In this document: in pieces, positions 26,941 to 37,414 of the stretch
Layout of the letters: each line of letters opens with the position of its first letter
How positions within the stretch are numbered: the stretch's first letter is position 1
Source of the DNA: an uncultured Gemmatimonas sp.
GTDB lineage: Bacteria; Gemmatimonadota; Gemmatimonadetes; Gemmatimonadales; GWC2-71-9
DNA length: 64,000 bases
Reading direction: 5' to 3'
Assembly (NCBI GenBank): GCA_964439025.1
Contig: CAYTMW010000009.1
Coordinates: 35,749 to 99,748 of the forward strand
Position numbers and translations under genes: made by a program
Notes under the pieces: model-generated
The model's input: only the letters and a program-made list of their open reading frames with translations
What the model was told of the DNA's origin: nothing
Databases searched by the model: none

Positions 26941-27396
26941 TCACAAGAGCACCGCGAGGGCATCTGCGATTTTCCGCACTTCCGCTTCCTCGTCCGGCGT
27001 GAACGGATCCTCCACATCGGAGTCCACGTCGATCTGGCCCAGGATGAGATCGCCGCGTCGAATGAGCACCACCAGTTCGGAGCGGGTGAAGAGATTGCAG
27101 GCGATGTAATGCTCGATCGCGCGCACGTCGCCCACGTTCTGGTCCCGTCCGGTCGCGACCGCGGTGCCGCACACCCCTCTCCCCACCGGAATCCGCTCGT
27201 GTTCGGTCTCCCGGCCGGCATAGGCCTCGAGCACGAGCTCGCTCCCATGGAGCATGTAGAGATAGACCGAGGTATAGGGCGGCCCGGCAGCCTGCATCCG
27301 CTCGGCCGCCATCGACAGCAGCTCGGAGCGCGATACATCCCGGGTAAACGCGCCCCGGAGCGCCGCGACGATCTTGTCCCCCATCAGCACCGCCAT
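26941..27396 (-). CDS. GAF domain protein
   Basis: 151 aa, containing 'Y......L.L.AY.G........P.G.GVCG.A...G....V.DV......IAC....RSE.V......G...G.IDVDS'. Confidence 0.75.
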   Translation of the reverse strand: MAVLMGDKIVAALRGAFTRDVSRSELLSMAAERMQAAGPPYTSVYLYMLHGSELVLEAYAGRETEHERIPVGRGVCGTAVATGRDQNVGDVRAIEHYIACNLFTRSELVVLIRRGDLILGQIDVDSDVEDPFTPDEEAEVRKIADALAVLL

Positions 27397-27491
27397 CCGG
27401 CTTTGCCTCCCGATCCAGGGGCCCGTTTCGATTGCCCGGTCCCGAAATTAAACCTATCTTGAGCCCACCCTGCCTCGGGTGTTTCCTGACG

Positions 27492-29009
27492 ATGTCGAGC
27501 CCCTATCAAGTCAGCTCTCTCTTCGGCGCCCTGTTTTTCCTGGTGCGCCACGACCCGAGCGCCACCGCCGATCACGCGGCGCTGGCCGCTGCCCTTCGCG
27601 CAGCGCAGGGACCGGGGGAGCTGCGGATCGATATCGAGCCGGATTCGCTACGGATCGACGGCCGTCCGGTGATGCTGGAGTCTCCCGGGGCCACCATGCT
27701 GTTCGAACAGATGTATCTGCACGGCGCGCGGTCTCTGCGCGTGCTGCCCTCCGCCACGGAAGCCGATCTCATCCGCTTCGCCTCGGTGCTGGGAGCGTTT
27801 CCCGGCACCTACAACTCGTACCAGCATGTCCTCCACGCGCTCGGACCGTCCGCCGAGCACCTGGCCCTGACGGAGGGCGCGAACGATTCCGAGGTCTTCC
27901 GCGCGATGCCCCGCCGGTCCTCGGGAGTGTTCGGATTCAGCGTGGAGGAAACCTCCCGCTTCGACGTCCCCCGGGTCCGCGGCGAGATCACCGCGGAATA
28001 CGAGCGGTTTCAGTATCTCGGGTCGAATCCCGATGCGGCGCGGGAGCTCGATGCGGAGGCCGGGGGCATGGGAGCAATCGGTCGCACCCGGCAGCCTCCG
28101 CTCGAGGAGCTGCTGCTCCGGGGGCGCGAGGCCATCGAGCGGGAGAATTGGGACGGACTCCTCGAGGTCGCCCTCCTGATCGCCGAAGGGGAAAGCGAGG
28201 CCCCCTCCGAGCTCGCCAGCAGCACCTACCGCATCGAGCTCAAGCGGCTCCTGTCGCGCAAGCATCTGGCGATGATCGCGCGCTTTCTGCAAAGCGAGCG
28301 CAAGCACGATGCGATTGCCCTCATGCGCCGTTTCGGCGCAGACTCGACCGAGATTCTCATGGATCTGCTCATCCAGGCGAGGACCATCGGCGAGCGTCGG
28401 GGGTACTACTCCGCAATCGCCCAAATGAGCAACGGAACGGAAGCGGTCGTCCAGTATCTGGGCCATCAGCAGTGGTATGTGGTGCGAAACGCCGCGGATC
28501 TGTGCGGCGAGATCGGGCTGGCGGATGCCGTTCCCGATCTCGCCCGGCAAATCGAGCACCCCGACGAACGCGTCCGGAAAGCGGTGGCGGAGGCGCTTGG
28601 AAAGATCGGAACGATGCAGGCCATGGAGCCGCTCCGGGCGCTGATGACCGATCCGTCCCCGGCGGTCCGACTCAAGGCGGTGTCCAATCTGACCGGGCGA
28701 AACACCCGCGGGATGCCGCCCGCGATTGCGGAGCTGCTCAAAAACGAAGACAACGCCGACGTGCAGCACGAGGCGCTGCTCGCGCTGGGCCGGATCGCAA
28801 CCCCGGACGCCATCGTGCAGCTTCGGGAGTGGGCTCAGCCGGGAGGAAAGCTGCTCGGGCGGAAGTCACTCGCGTTGCGGCTGGCTGCGATCAAGGGACT
28901 GGCGCTCGCGGGCCCCTCCGCCGTCGATGTGCTGGTTGCCCTCGAGCGGGACGCAGCCCCCGAAATTCGCGTCGTGGCGAGCGCCGCGGTCGCCGCAATG
29001 CGCCCCTGA
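27492..29009 (+). CDS. HEAT-repeat protein with N-terminal domain of unknown function
   Basis: Start at MSSPYQV. C-terminal half has 'VR.AA...LG.IG...AVP.L......PD..VR.AVAEALGKIG' type repeats. Confidence 0.75.
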   Translation: MSSPYQVSSLFGALFFLVRHDPSATADHAALAAALRAAQGPGELRIDIEPDSLRIDGRPVMLESPGATMLFEQMYLHGARSLRVLPSATEADLIRFASVLGAFPGTYNSYQHVLHALGPSAEHLALTEGANDSEVFRAMPRRSSGVFGFSVEETSRFDVPRVRGEITAEYERFQYLGSNPDAARELDAEAGGMGAIGRTRQPPLEELLLRGREAIERENWDGLLEVALLIAEGESEAPSELASSTYRIELKRLLSRKHLAMIARFLQSERKHDAIALMRRFGADSTEILMDLLIQARTIGERRGYYSAIAQMSNGTEAVVQYLGHQQWYVVRNAADLCGEIGLADAVPDLARQIEHPDERVRKAVAEALGKIGTMQAMEPLRALMTDPSPAVRLKAVSNLTGRNTRGMPPAIAELLKNEDNADVQHEALLALGRIATPDAIVQLREWAQPGGKLLGRKSLALRLAAIKGLALAGPSAVDVLVALERDAAPEIRVVASAAVAAMRP

Positions 29010-29022
29010 GCGCTAGCTCGGA

Positions 29023-29208
29023 ATGAAGTCGGCGGCCGCCGTCACCCGGTGCGCAAACGCCGCCAGCAACCCGCCCCCGCCCGGCACCCACTCGGCACCC
29101 CACTCCTTCGGGGTGACCTTCCCGTCGGTGGGTACCTTCAAGTTCTTTTGTGGAGTACATGGCGGACCCGACGCAGGCATGCACGGCACCATCACCGTGG
29201 TCCCATGA
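29023..29208 (+). pseudogene. Cupredoxin-like C-terminal remnant ORF (61 aa)
   Basis: Ends '...FGVTFPSVGTFKFFCGVHGGPDAGMHGTITVVP' (type-1 copper C-x2-H-xn-M loop), but there is an in-frame TAG 7 nt upstream of the ATG and the ORF is too short for a full domain. Confidence 0.3.
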
Positions 29209-29372
29209 CCGTGCGCCAATTCGGTGTCTGCGTAACCGCGTGCGCCCTGGTGACCACGGCGGTGTCGGCGCAAGGCACCACCGATTGCTTTCCCGCGAAG
29301 AATTCCAACGAAACGCGGACGATGGCGGTCTTCACCGGCAGCGTGGTGGGACGCATCAGACTCGGACGGTGA

Positions 29373-30683
29373 TCAGGGCGCCTGCCGGACGGTCCAGTCG
29401 CCTGGCCGCGGGCCGGAAACGAGTTGCCATCCCGGAAGCAGCTCCAGCACCCATCCAGGGCCGGTGAGCCGCCGTCCCACGGTGTCGGCCGGTGCGGGCA
29501 CCAGCGCGCGCCGGAAATCCGCAGCGATCAGCCCTCCCGAGACATCGCATAGCAGCACTCCCCACCGGTCGGTCAGCCGCAGCATCCCGTAGACCGACCC
29601 CAGGGAGCTCATCGCCTCCACCTTTGCGGGATCGAAGCTCATTTTCATCTCGGCGAGCGGCAGCTCGAGCACCGGTCCGGTCACCAATCGGGTGCGGAGC
29701 GCCGCGACGTGCTTCCTGCGCGCCACGACCCGCGCGTCTTCACTCTTCCGCACCGCAACCAGGCCGTAGGACGCTCCGCGCACCGATGCCGATCGCCCGG
29801 CTTCGCGCGGGGCCCCGAGGGATTTGGCCGCCGTCATCGCCAGGTCATCAGTTGCGCGCAGGATCACCCGCCACCCGGGCGCAAGGTCATCGAGCAACAA
29901 CCCCCACGCGGGGCCCGTGTGGTAGGCAAAGTCCCGCTCGAAATTGGTCGCACTGTCGAGCACCGCGAGCCTTCGATCGGCGAGCTCGCGTCGCGCGGCC
30001 ACCGATGTCGTGGCCAGCGCGATTCCGGAATACTCCGCCAGCCCTTCGTTGAGCTCCAGCGCGCGCTCATCGCTTTCGGATCCCGGAAACAGCGCCCGGC
30101 GCGCGTGGCGGAAGGCGACGGCGTCCTCCAGCGCCCGGGCGCGCGCCGCTCCGGTCGAGCCGAGCGCTTTACGAAGCGCGCGCCCCTCGAGCCGGAGCCA
30201 GAGCCGTCCATCGCGGGTGCCAAGGTGGGCGTTGGATTGAATCCCCGACGGGAAGCCGAGACTGTCCTGCACTCGGTGCCAGAGCTCGTGAGCAAAGAGC
30301 ACTTGGCGCTGGAGCGAGTCAGCCCCAGGTGGCCACACCACCATCGCCCAGGTGCGCCCCGCCCAGCGCAGCGAGGTATTCGCGATCGGCTCCGCATCGG
30401 GAAGAGTGCTGGTGAACATCCCGCCCAGCGGCTGCAGGGTTGCCTCGCCATCCGCCACGGCACTGAGAACAATTCTGGTCGATGCGTGGACGAACAGAAT
30501 CGGCCCCTCGAGCGACCGACCCCACAACGTCCCCGCATCCCGCGCGGCCAGCTCCGCAGCCTCGCGAAAATAGCGCCGCGCCTCGGCCGTATCCATCGGC
30601 ATCGGCGCGGCCTGCGCGCCGAGAGCCGGGGGGCCGAAGAGCAGCCCGCCGGCGCCGAGCGCCATGAAGAGTGGGGTTCGCAT
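29373..30683 (-). CDS. Secreted hypothetical protein with HExxH motif (putative metalloprotease)
   Basis: Signal MRTPLFMALGAGGLLFGPPALGAQA. 'LFAHELWHRVQ' contains HELWH. Confidence 0.7.
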   Translation of the reverse strand: MRTPLFMALGAGGLLFGPPALGAQAAPMPMDTAEARRYFREAAELAARDAGTLWGRSLEGPILFVHASTRIVLSAVADGEATLQPLGGMFTSTLPDAEPIANTSLRWAGRTWAMVVWPPGADSLQRQVLFAHELWHRVQDSLGFPSGIQSNAHLGTRDGRLWLRLEGRALRKALGSTGAARARALEDAVAFRHARRALFPGSESDERALELNEGLAEYSGIALATTSVAARRELADRRLAVLDSATNFERDFAYHTGPAWGLLLDDLAPGWRVILRATDDLAMTAAKSLGAPREAGRSASVRGASYGLVAVRKSEDARVVARRKHVAALRTRLVTGPVLELPLAEMKMSFDPAKVEAMSSLGSVYGMLRLTDRWGVLLCDVSGGLIAADFRRALVPAPADTVGRRLTGPGWVLELLPGWQLVSGPRPGDWTVRQAP

Positions 30684-30751
30684 TACCTGCAGGATGCCCG
30701 AGCCGCGCAGACGGTCGCCCGGATCCTGGCGGCGACCGCGTGCGCGGGCTC

Positions 30752-31936
30752 CTACTTACAGGACTCCGTGCGGTCGAACGACGGATCCTGGCCTGGGGCG
30801 ACTTTGAACTTGATGATCAGACTTCCTGCGCCCGGCAGCCCCGCAGGCAGAAGCTGCTGGTGCTGCATCCCGGTCACCCGGCCTCCCTCGTCGGATGCGC
30901 GGCTGTCCTGCCGCTCACTCACTTCGGCCCGGAAGGCCTGACCGTCCGGAAGCCCGGTGATGGGATCGAACGGCGTCGCGAGGAGGCTGCCGTCGGCGCG
31001 GAAGCTCTGCCGCACTTCACCCCCGGCGGCGGTCTGAACCTCCTGCTCAAGCTCCACTGGTCCTTGCACCAGGAGGTAGTCGAACGGCCCGTCGCTGCAG
31101 AACGGCTTCGGAATCACCTGGCTGAACTGAATGGTCATCCTCTGGCTCGTGGGCGCCGCGGCGGGCGCCTGGCCGGCCAGAACGAATGATGTCGCGTGCC
31201 CGTCGTTCGCGATGCCGACATCGGTCGCGACGCCTCCCAGCGGACCGCCGATGAGGAAGCGGAGGTCCACAGGAAGGCCGTTGTAAATCACGGCGGGAAT
31301 GGCGCGGTGTGCCGGTGCGGCAGTGATCGCAGCGGTCGGAGCAGGAGCGGCGCCAAGGAGTCCGGTACGAGCCAGATCATAGGTGACCAGTTGCTCGGCC
31401 AGCTCCCAGCTCAGCACCTGGTGATCTGTCGTGCCGGGAATCAGCACCTCGAAATGCGCATTGCCGATCGTGAACGGGCCCATCTTCACGAGGCGAAGGT
31501 GAAATCGGATCGGCCCGTAAGTGCCGCATTGCAGCTGGATCGCGGTTCCGCCCCACCCCGCGGCCTCGCCGTAACCCGCCATCAGTCCCCCGATGGCGTC
31601 CGACCAGGTGCAGGTGAAGGGGAACACCGGCGGGAACGGGGCGCCGCGAGTCCCATCGAGGCCCAGCAGTGCGTTCCGGATGGCGCGCGGATCAGCGGCG
31701 CCGGTAAACACCAGATTCACCGGGTCCTGGGAGGTCACCAGGTCGTCGGTGAGATACGGGAGGATCGTCGCCGATCCGGAGCCGACCGGAATCGTCACGA
31801 GGGGCGCGGCGGGAATCACTGCCTGCCGGAGCGAGGGCAGGGTCTCGGTCGGAAGCGTTTTGGATCGATCGCTGCAACCGGCGAGCGCGATAAGCGCGGT
31901 GACGGCGCTGGTGATCCGGCCTGAAAGCGATGACAT
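30752..31936 (-). CDS. Hypothetical lipoprotein
   Basis: Start at MSSLSGRITSAVTALIALAGCS (lipobox LAGC) with GGAG upstream. The track ORF 5' extension overlaps the upstream gene. Confidence 0.7.
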   Translation of the reverse strand: MSSLSGRITSAVTALIALAGCSDRSKTLPTETLPSLRQAVIPAAPLVTIPVGSGSATILPYLTDDLVTSQDPVNLVFTGAADPRAIRNALLGLDGTRGAPFPPVFPFTCTWSDAIGGLMAGYGEAAGWGGTAIQLQCGTYGPIRFHLRLVKMGPFTIGNAHFEVLIPGTTDHQVLSWELAEQLVTYDLARTGLLGAAPAPTAAITAAPAHRAIPAVIYNGLPVDLRFLIGGPLGGVATDVGIANDGHATSFVLAGQAPAAAPTSQRMTIQFSQVIPKPFCSDGPFDYLLVQGPVELEQEVQTAAGGEVRQSFRADGSLLATPFDPITGLPDGQAFRAEVSERQDSRASDEGGRVTGMQHQQLLPAGLPGAGSLIIKFKVAPGQDPSFDRTESCK

Positions 31937-31952
31937 GACTGAGTCTCCTGAG

Positions 31953-32654
31953 TTATGGTTGAATGAAGAAGCCTGCGCCGATCGTGTAGACGAGACGGGA
32001 CCGGTTCGTTCCGCCGAAGAAACCGTGCAGCGAGAGTCCGGGACCCCAGCTGAAGTCGCCCATCGGCACCGACAGGTCGAGAAAGGCGCCGATGCGCTCC
32101 TTGGAATCGGGGATCGGGGTCGTCGTGGCTCCCGCAAAGACCCTGAGCTTCCGGACCCGGCCCTGATTGAGCGCCACACCGACGCGAGGAAGGCCGGTGA
32201 GCCCCATTGTGGTCTCTGGAAAGCCGTAGTCAGCCCGGAAGTGGGCTCGGTCGAGCGGTCCGAGCCTGAGGGAACCGGAGGGCGACCAGGACCGGTCGAT
32301 CCCGCCGAACGACGCGATCCCCAGCCCGAGACCGAAGTTCTTCCGTTCGAGCACCGCCTCCGCCGCGCCGAACACCCCGTCCCGCTCGACCGTTCCGTCC
32401 TGCACGCTGCCCGCGGCTCCGTGAATACGCACCCGGTCGCTGACCCAGACCTCGGATGAGGCTCCCCAGCTGGTGTACTCGAGCGGTTCATACACCGATT
32501 CACCGGCGCAGGTCACCGCATCCCTGAACGCCAGGTCTCCGCCCCCGACGCCGAGCCCGAGCCGGATCCGGCCCGAGCCGTCCCGATGGATGTCGACCGG
32601 TGCGGTCTGCCAGAGCAGCAGGAGTAGAGGAGCAGTGAGGAGGCGTGCCGACAT
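31953..32654 (-). CDS. Hypothetical secreted beta-rich (outer-membrane-like) protein
   Basis: Signal-like MSARLLTAPLLLLLWQ. Gly/aromatic-rich alternating pattern. Confidence 0.6.
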   Translation of the reverse strand: MSARLLTAPLLLLLWQTAPVDIHRDGSGRIRLGLGVGGGDLAFRDAVTCAGESVYEPLEYTSWGASSEVWVSDRVRIHGAAGSVQDGTVERDGVFGAAEAVLERKNFGLGLGIASFGGIDRSWSPSGSLRLGPLDRAHFRADYGFPETTMGLTGLPRVGVALNQGRVRKLRVFAGATTTPIPDSKERIGAFLDLSVPMGDFSWGPGLSLHGFFGGTNRSRLVYTIGAGFFIQP

Positions 32655-32711
32655 CGCGATTCTCCGCCGAATGGTTCGACGACAGGATCGCCTGCAGGGG
32701 TCAAGCGAGGA

Positions 32712-34634
32712 TCAAGAGCCGGGAGGGACCGTCGGTGCGGAGGGAAGACCACTGCGCTGGCGCACCCGGGCCTGCTGGCCCGGCGTCATCATGTCGCGGG
32801 CAACGACCAGACGGGCCAGCGTGGCGACGAATCCGTAGCCCTGCCCGTCCACTTCGAGCCACCGTTGCCATTCGAGCTCGTCGAGGGCCGCCTCCACGCG
32901 GGCGGCGGGAAGTCCCGTGGCCTGAGTGAGCGACGCCTCGGTGGTCCTCCCGCCGAGCACCGCCGCCGCGGCGAGTACCTGCCGCGCGTCCTCGCCGAGC
33001 CGCCGGAATCCGATGCGGAGGGCGGCGACGACCGTGTCGGGAAGATCGGAAGGCAGGGTCTGGGTGAGGGTATGCGACGGCGCGGGCCAGGCGGCCGTGC
33101 CCTGCTTGAGGTCGAGGCCTTGAGCCACCGCGGACAGCAGCTCCACGGCGAGGAAGGGGATCCCCGCGGAATCACTGGCGACCCGGCGGGAAACCCGTTC
33201 GAGCGACAGCGCATCGTACGCCGGGAGCGCCCACGCGGCGAGCTGGCGGAGCGCCTCGCCACCCAGCGGCGAAAGCGCGATCGTCACGCCCGGGACGCCG
33301 GCGCCCAGCCGGCGACGGAGCTCATCCAGCTCTCCGCGCGGTGGGTGCGGGGTAGCGGCCAGCATCACACAGAGCGGCGCCCGTGGCAGGTCGCGCAGCA
33401 GGCCGACCAGCGCGAGGAGAGAGCTGCGATCGGCCCACTGGGCATCGTCGATGGCGAGCAACATCGGCGCCTCGCCAGCGGCGGCGGCCGTCACGGTGGA
33501 GAAGGCCCGGTTGAGCGGCATGGGGGCAACCTGAGCCACGCTCCGGAACCGCTCCGCCCATTCCGGCAGGTGAGCGGCGAATCCCGCCAGCGCCTCGGGG
33601 ACCGCCGCGGGAATTCCGGGCGCATCGAGCAACCCACCACGCGCGAGGCCGAGGATGCCGCTCTCTTCGTCGCTCCGGTCACTCTCGACCGCCCGCACCA
33701 GCACCACACTGGCGCCGGCAAGCACCGCGCGGCCCGCGAGCTCTTCAAGCAATCTCGTCTTCCCGGTGCCCGACTCACCCTCTACCACGATTGCCGTGGC
33801 GCCCTGACCCGCGCGGCAGCGGTCCCAGAGATCGAGCAGCGTCTGGAGCTCCTCGCTGCGGCCGACCAGCGGTGCGCGCCGATGCTCGATCTGCGCCGGC
33901 TGCGACGCGGGTTGCCTCGCCCGCATCCGCCCCTTCCGAATCCGCTCGGCGAGCTGGCGGGTCTCTTCCGCAGGGGCTGCTCCCAGCTCGCGCAGCCGGC
34001 CGGCAAAGCGCTCGGCGTGCGCGAGGGCTGCGCTGGCATCGCCCTCCCCCGCCAGCGCGGCCATGACCCCGCACGCCGCCGCATTCGACACGGGATCGAG
34101 CGCCTCGGCCCGACCCGCCGCCGCCAGCGCTTTAGCCGCGTGCCCCTGGCGGAGCAGCTCGCCACTCCAGCCCAGGAGCGCCGCGATGGAACGGCCGGTC
34201 CAGTGTCGCCGCTCTGAAGCCAGCCAGTCCTCGAAACCGTCGCAACCGGCCACCGCGAATCCTTCCAGGAATTCCCCCGCGACCAGCGAGGCGGCATCGG
34301 CCCAGGCCCCGTCGGTCATCAGCGCCTCCAGCGCCTCGGCATCGAGGCGGACGGCTTCGGGGACGAGGCGCACCTGCCCCGCCGAGGTATCCAGGCCCTC
34401 TTCGATGCCGCTCCGGCGCAGTACGCGCAACGCCTCGTTGAGCGAGTGCCGCGCGGCGCTCTCGTCCTTCTCCGGCCAGAGGAGTCCGCAGAGATGCTCC
34501 CGGGTGCGGGCGCGCTTGGGAGAGCGAGCCAGATAGACCAGCAGCGCGAGATGCTTGCGCCAGAGCAGCTCGGCGGGGGCGGGAGCGCCGTCGACGATCA
34601 CTTCGATCGGGCCCAGCACTCTGCACGTGATCAC
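32712..34634 (-). CDS. Winged-helix/BTAD + AAA ATPase transcriptional regulator (SARP/AfsR-like)
   Basis: N-terminus 'RVLGPIEV...G........RK..ALL.YLA......R..L..LLWP' followed by a BTAD region. Walker A 'GESGTGKTRLLEE'. GTG start overlaps the kinase stop as GTGA. Confidence 0.8.
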   Translation of the reverse strand: MITCRVLGPIEVIVDGAPAPAELLWRKHLALLVYLARSPKRARTREHLCGLLWPEKDESAARHSLNEALRVLRRSGIEEGLDTSAGQVRLVPEAVRLDAEALEALMTDGAWADAASLVAGEFLEGFAVAGCDGFEDWLASERRHWTGRSIAALLGWSGELLRQGHAAKALAAAGRAEALDPVSNAAACGVMAALAGEGDASAALAHAERFAGRLRELGAAPAEETRQLAERIRKGRMRARQPASQPAQIEHRRAPLVGRSEELQTLLDLWDRCRAGQGATAIVVEGESGTGKTRLLEELAGRAVLAGASVVLVRAVESDRSDEESGILGLARGGLLDAPGIPAAVPEALAGFAAHLPEWAERFRSVAQVAPMPLNRAFSTVTAAAAGEAPMLLAIDDAQWADRSSLLALVGLLRDLPRAPLCVMLAATPHPPRGELDELRRRLGAGVPGVTIALSPLGGEALRQLAAWALPAYDALSLERVSRRVASDSAGIPFLAVELLSAVAQGLDLKQGTAAWPAPSHTLTQTLPSDLPDTVVAALRIGFRRLGEDARQVLAAAAVLGGRTTEASLTQATGLPAARVEAALDELEWQRWLEVDGQGYGFVATLARLVVARDMMTPGQQARVRQRSGLPSAPTVPPGS

Positions 34635-37414
34635 GGGGGACAATGCTGCGCGGTGAACTGGCGGGCGGAATCGGCCCTGCTCTTGAAGGGGGGACCACCG
34701 TCCTTCCAGTGCCGGGCGACGGCGCGGTAAGCGGAGCATCGCTCCCGCGACGTGGTGCCTTTCAGATTCGCCAGGTGCCATCGCACCAGCGTCCCGAGTG
34801 CCCACGCCATTTCACCCGGCGTCGGGTCGCCGGTCCCGTGGCCGACGGTCTGCAAGTGCTCGTGCCAGAGCAGCGTGTTCCGCGCCGACTCGAATTCCTT
34901 CAGCCGCTCGAATTGTTCGGCGCGCAACAGGCGGATCATTGCATCCGCGAGAGGCGCCTCGTGTTTTGGCGCTTCTTCGAGCGGCGGCAGGCTGGGCAAC
35001 GCCGCGAGCGCGCCGCGTGCATCGCCCTGCTCGCCCAGAACCGCAGCGTGGAGAATCGCGCCAAAAGATTTTGGACCCCGCGACAGCGCCGTCGCGGCCG
35101 CTTTTCCGCGGGCCGGATCACCGGAACGGACCGCGAGGAGACCAGACGCCAGGGCGGCGCGCGTCTTGAGCGCGGAGTGTGCTGTGCCCGGCACGGAATA
35201 GGCGTCCAGCGCCGCGAGCAGGTCCGCCGGTGCACGGCGGACCGCCGGATCGGGGTCAAAGGTGAGAAGCGTGGCTTCCAGCTCCAGCGCGAGGAGAGGC
35301 AGTGAGACATCGGAAGACACCTGCTCGAGCCGCGCCCTGGTCACGCGCATCGAATCGAGTCGGCCCAACGCGGTGTATCCGAACAGCTGGCCGAGCAGCC
35401 CTTCGCGGACCGGCTCGGCGCGGCCAGGCCACGCGCGCGTGATCAATCCCCCGAGCTCGACGGCCCCGCGCGGCGCGTCCGCGGTCATCATGAGCCGCCC
35501 GCCGGCGGCGGCATCCTTGCTCCTCGCAAGCGCTGGATCCGACAGCACGGCGAGGGAGAAGGTCTTCGCACTGTCGGCGGGAAGAAAACGCCAGTGGTAC
35601 CCCAGACTGAGGAGCACCCGCATCCCGGCGGAAAATCCTCCGGCGGGCCCAGGCGGAAGCAGGAGAAGGCTGTCGAGCGCCGCACCGGCGGAGTTCGCGT
35701 TGCCCTCGCTCAGCAAGAGCCAGGTGAGGTGCTCCCAGCCAGGACCGAAGCGCGGTCGCAGCAGTACGGCCCGCTCGAGCGGCTCTTGCGCAGCGATGCG
35801 CGGGAAGCTGTGGAGCGGGCCCCGGTGAAAGAGCTCGTCCCCGTACTCGAAGGATGCCAGGAAAAAATCCCCGGCTTTGGCCGCCTGGGCCAGCGTGTCC
35901 AGCCGTGCGGGGAGTGGGGCGAGCGCGGCGTGAATGAGCCGCTGGTAATGGGAGGGAAAGCGGCCGATTCCAGCCCGGAGTCGCGCGAGGCGCGTCGAAT
36001 CGTGACCCTGCCCCAGCCATCGCTCGATATCGAGCAGGCGGAAGCTGCAGAGATAGCAGGCGGGGTCTGCCGCCTCCGCGCTCCGGAACGCATCGAACGC
36101 CTCCTCCCACCGCGCCTGGGCCAGGTACTGCTCGGCCCGCAGCCATTGATCGAAGCCCTGCTCATTCGAGGGCAGCGCGTCGACTGGCAGCCAGACGTCC
36201 GCCAGAGAGTCCCGCTGCCAGAGTGAACGCACCACTTTGAAAGAGAGCGCCTCCGCCACAGCGCCCAATTCCGCTCGTGCTCCTTCGACGCTCACCGTAT
36301 CCGAGGCGGTGCCTGCCGCCCACCGAGCGCGTATCCGGATCTTGCCGGCGGCCTCGCCGAAGGATCCGCTCACCCGCACCAGGGCGGAATCCGGTGGCCG
36401 CCCGAGAGGGAGCACGTTGAAGTCGGGATACTCGAGCGACCGGCGAAGCATTGCAGACACCGAGTCTCCGAGAGACGCGCTCACGCCGGGCGACTCCGAC
36501 CGGAATGTCTCGACGGCGATGGTGACCGCCCCCCGGGGAGCCGACACCGGACCCGCCGGGCGCAGGACTAGCCACCCCACGATGGCTGCCAGCACCGCCC
36601 CAATCCCGACGAGAGACCAGCGCGGCCGGCGGCGAGATTGTCCGAGCGCCTGAAGCAGCTCGCCGGCGTCGGACCATCGCTCGGAAGGATCGAGAGCGAG
36701 CGCGCGCCGCAGCGGAGAAACCAGCGCGGCGGGAACCTGCCGCCAATCGGCGGTTTCGGGCGCCTGATAGGCGGGCCAGCGACGGCCGGTACACGCTTCC
36801 CAGAGCACGAGACCGACGGCATACACATCGGTCCGCATCGTTACCGGAACGCCATCGCGTTGCTCGGGGGACATGTAGCGCGGGGTACCGATCAATTCGC
36901 CGGGCGTCGTGAGCCCGGCGTCGTGCTCCTGCCGCCACCGCGCGATTCCAAAATCTCCGAGCAGCGCCTGGCCCTGCCGGAGAAAGATGTTGGCGGGCTT
37001 CACGTCGCGGTGCACCACGCCCTGGGCGTGCGCTGCCCCGAGGGCTCGGAGAAGGTCCTGGCCCAGACGGAGGGCTTCGGCCGGCGGAAGCGGCCCGCGT
37101 CGCAGCCGGTCGGCGAGCGATTCCCCCTCGACGAACTCCATCACGTAGTACAGGAGACCGTCCGCTTCACCGGCGTCGTAGATCGGAACGATGTTGGGAT
37201 GGGAAAGCCGGGCCAGGATCCGGCCCTCGGCGAGGAATCGTTCGGCGGCAATTGCGGTGGCGAGCTCGGGCCGAAGAATCTTGATCGCGACGCGGCGGTC
37301 GAGACGCCGTTGCCGGGCCTCGAACACGATTCCCATACCACCGCCCGCCACCTCGCGCTCGATGTCGTATTCAGATGCAAGGGCGAGCCGGAACCGCTCG
37401 ATCAGAGAACTCAG
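34631..37414 (-). CDS. Ser/Thr protein kinase with TM segment and large C-terminal TPR-like domain
   Basis: Contains 'GGGMGIVFEA....RRVAIK', 'HRDVKPANI', 'DFGIA', 'GTPRYMSPE'. The 5' end is set at CTG 37414-37412 (see findings); the first canonical start is GTG 37351. Confidence 0.85.
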   Translation of the reverse strand: MSSLIERFRLALASEYDIEREVAGGGMGIVFEARQRRLDRRVAIKILRPELATAIAAERFLAEGRILARLSHPNIVPIYDAGEADGLLYYVMEFVEGESLADRLRRGPLPPAEALRLGQDLLRALGAAHAQGVVHRDVKPANIFLRQGQALLGDFGIARWRQEHDAGLTTPGELIGTPRYMSPEQRDGVPVTMRTDVYAVGLVLWEACTGRRWPAYQAPETADWRQVPAALVSPLRRALALDPSERWSDAGELLQALGQSRRRPRWSLVGIGAVLAAIVGWLVLRPAGPVSAPRGAVTIAVETFRSESPGVSASLGDSVSAMLRRSLEYPDFNVLPLGRPPDSALVRVSGSFGEAAGKIRIRARWAAGTASDTVSVEGARAELGAVAEALSFKVVRSLWQRDSLADVWLPVDALPSNEQGFDQWLRAEQYLAQARWEEAFDAFRSAEAADPACYLCSFRLLDIERWLGQGHDSTRLARLRAGIGRFPSHYQRLIHAALAPLPARLDTLAQAAKAGDFFLASFEYGDELFHRGPLHSFPRIAAQEPLERAVLLRPRFGPGWEHLTWLLLSEGNANSAGAALDSLLLLPPGPAGGFSAGMRVLLSLGYHWRFLPADSAKTFSLAVLSDPALARSKDAAAGGRLMMTADAPRGAVELGGLITRAWPGRAEPVREGLLGQLFGYTALGRLDSMRVTRARLEQVSSDVSLPLLALELEATLLTFDPDPAVRRAPADLLAALDAYSVPGTAHSALKTRAALASGLLAVRSGDPARGKAAATALSRGPKSFGAILHAAVLGEQGDARGALAALPSLPPLEEAPKHEAPLADAMIRLLRAEQFERLKEFESARNTLLWHEHLQTVGHGTGDPTPGEMAWALGTLVRWHLANLKGTTSRERCSAYRAVARHWKDGGPPFKSRADSARQFTAQHCPP

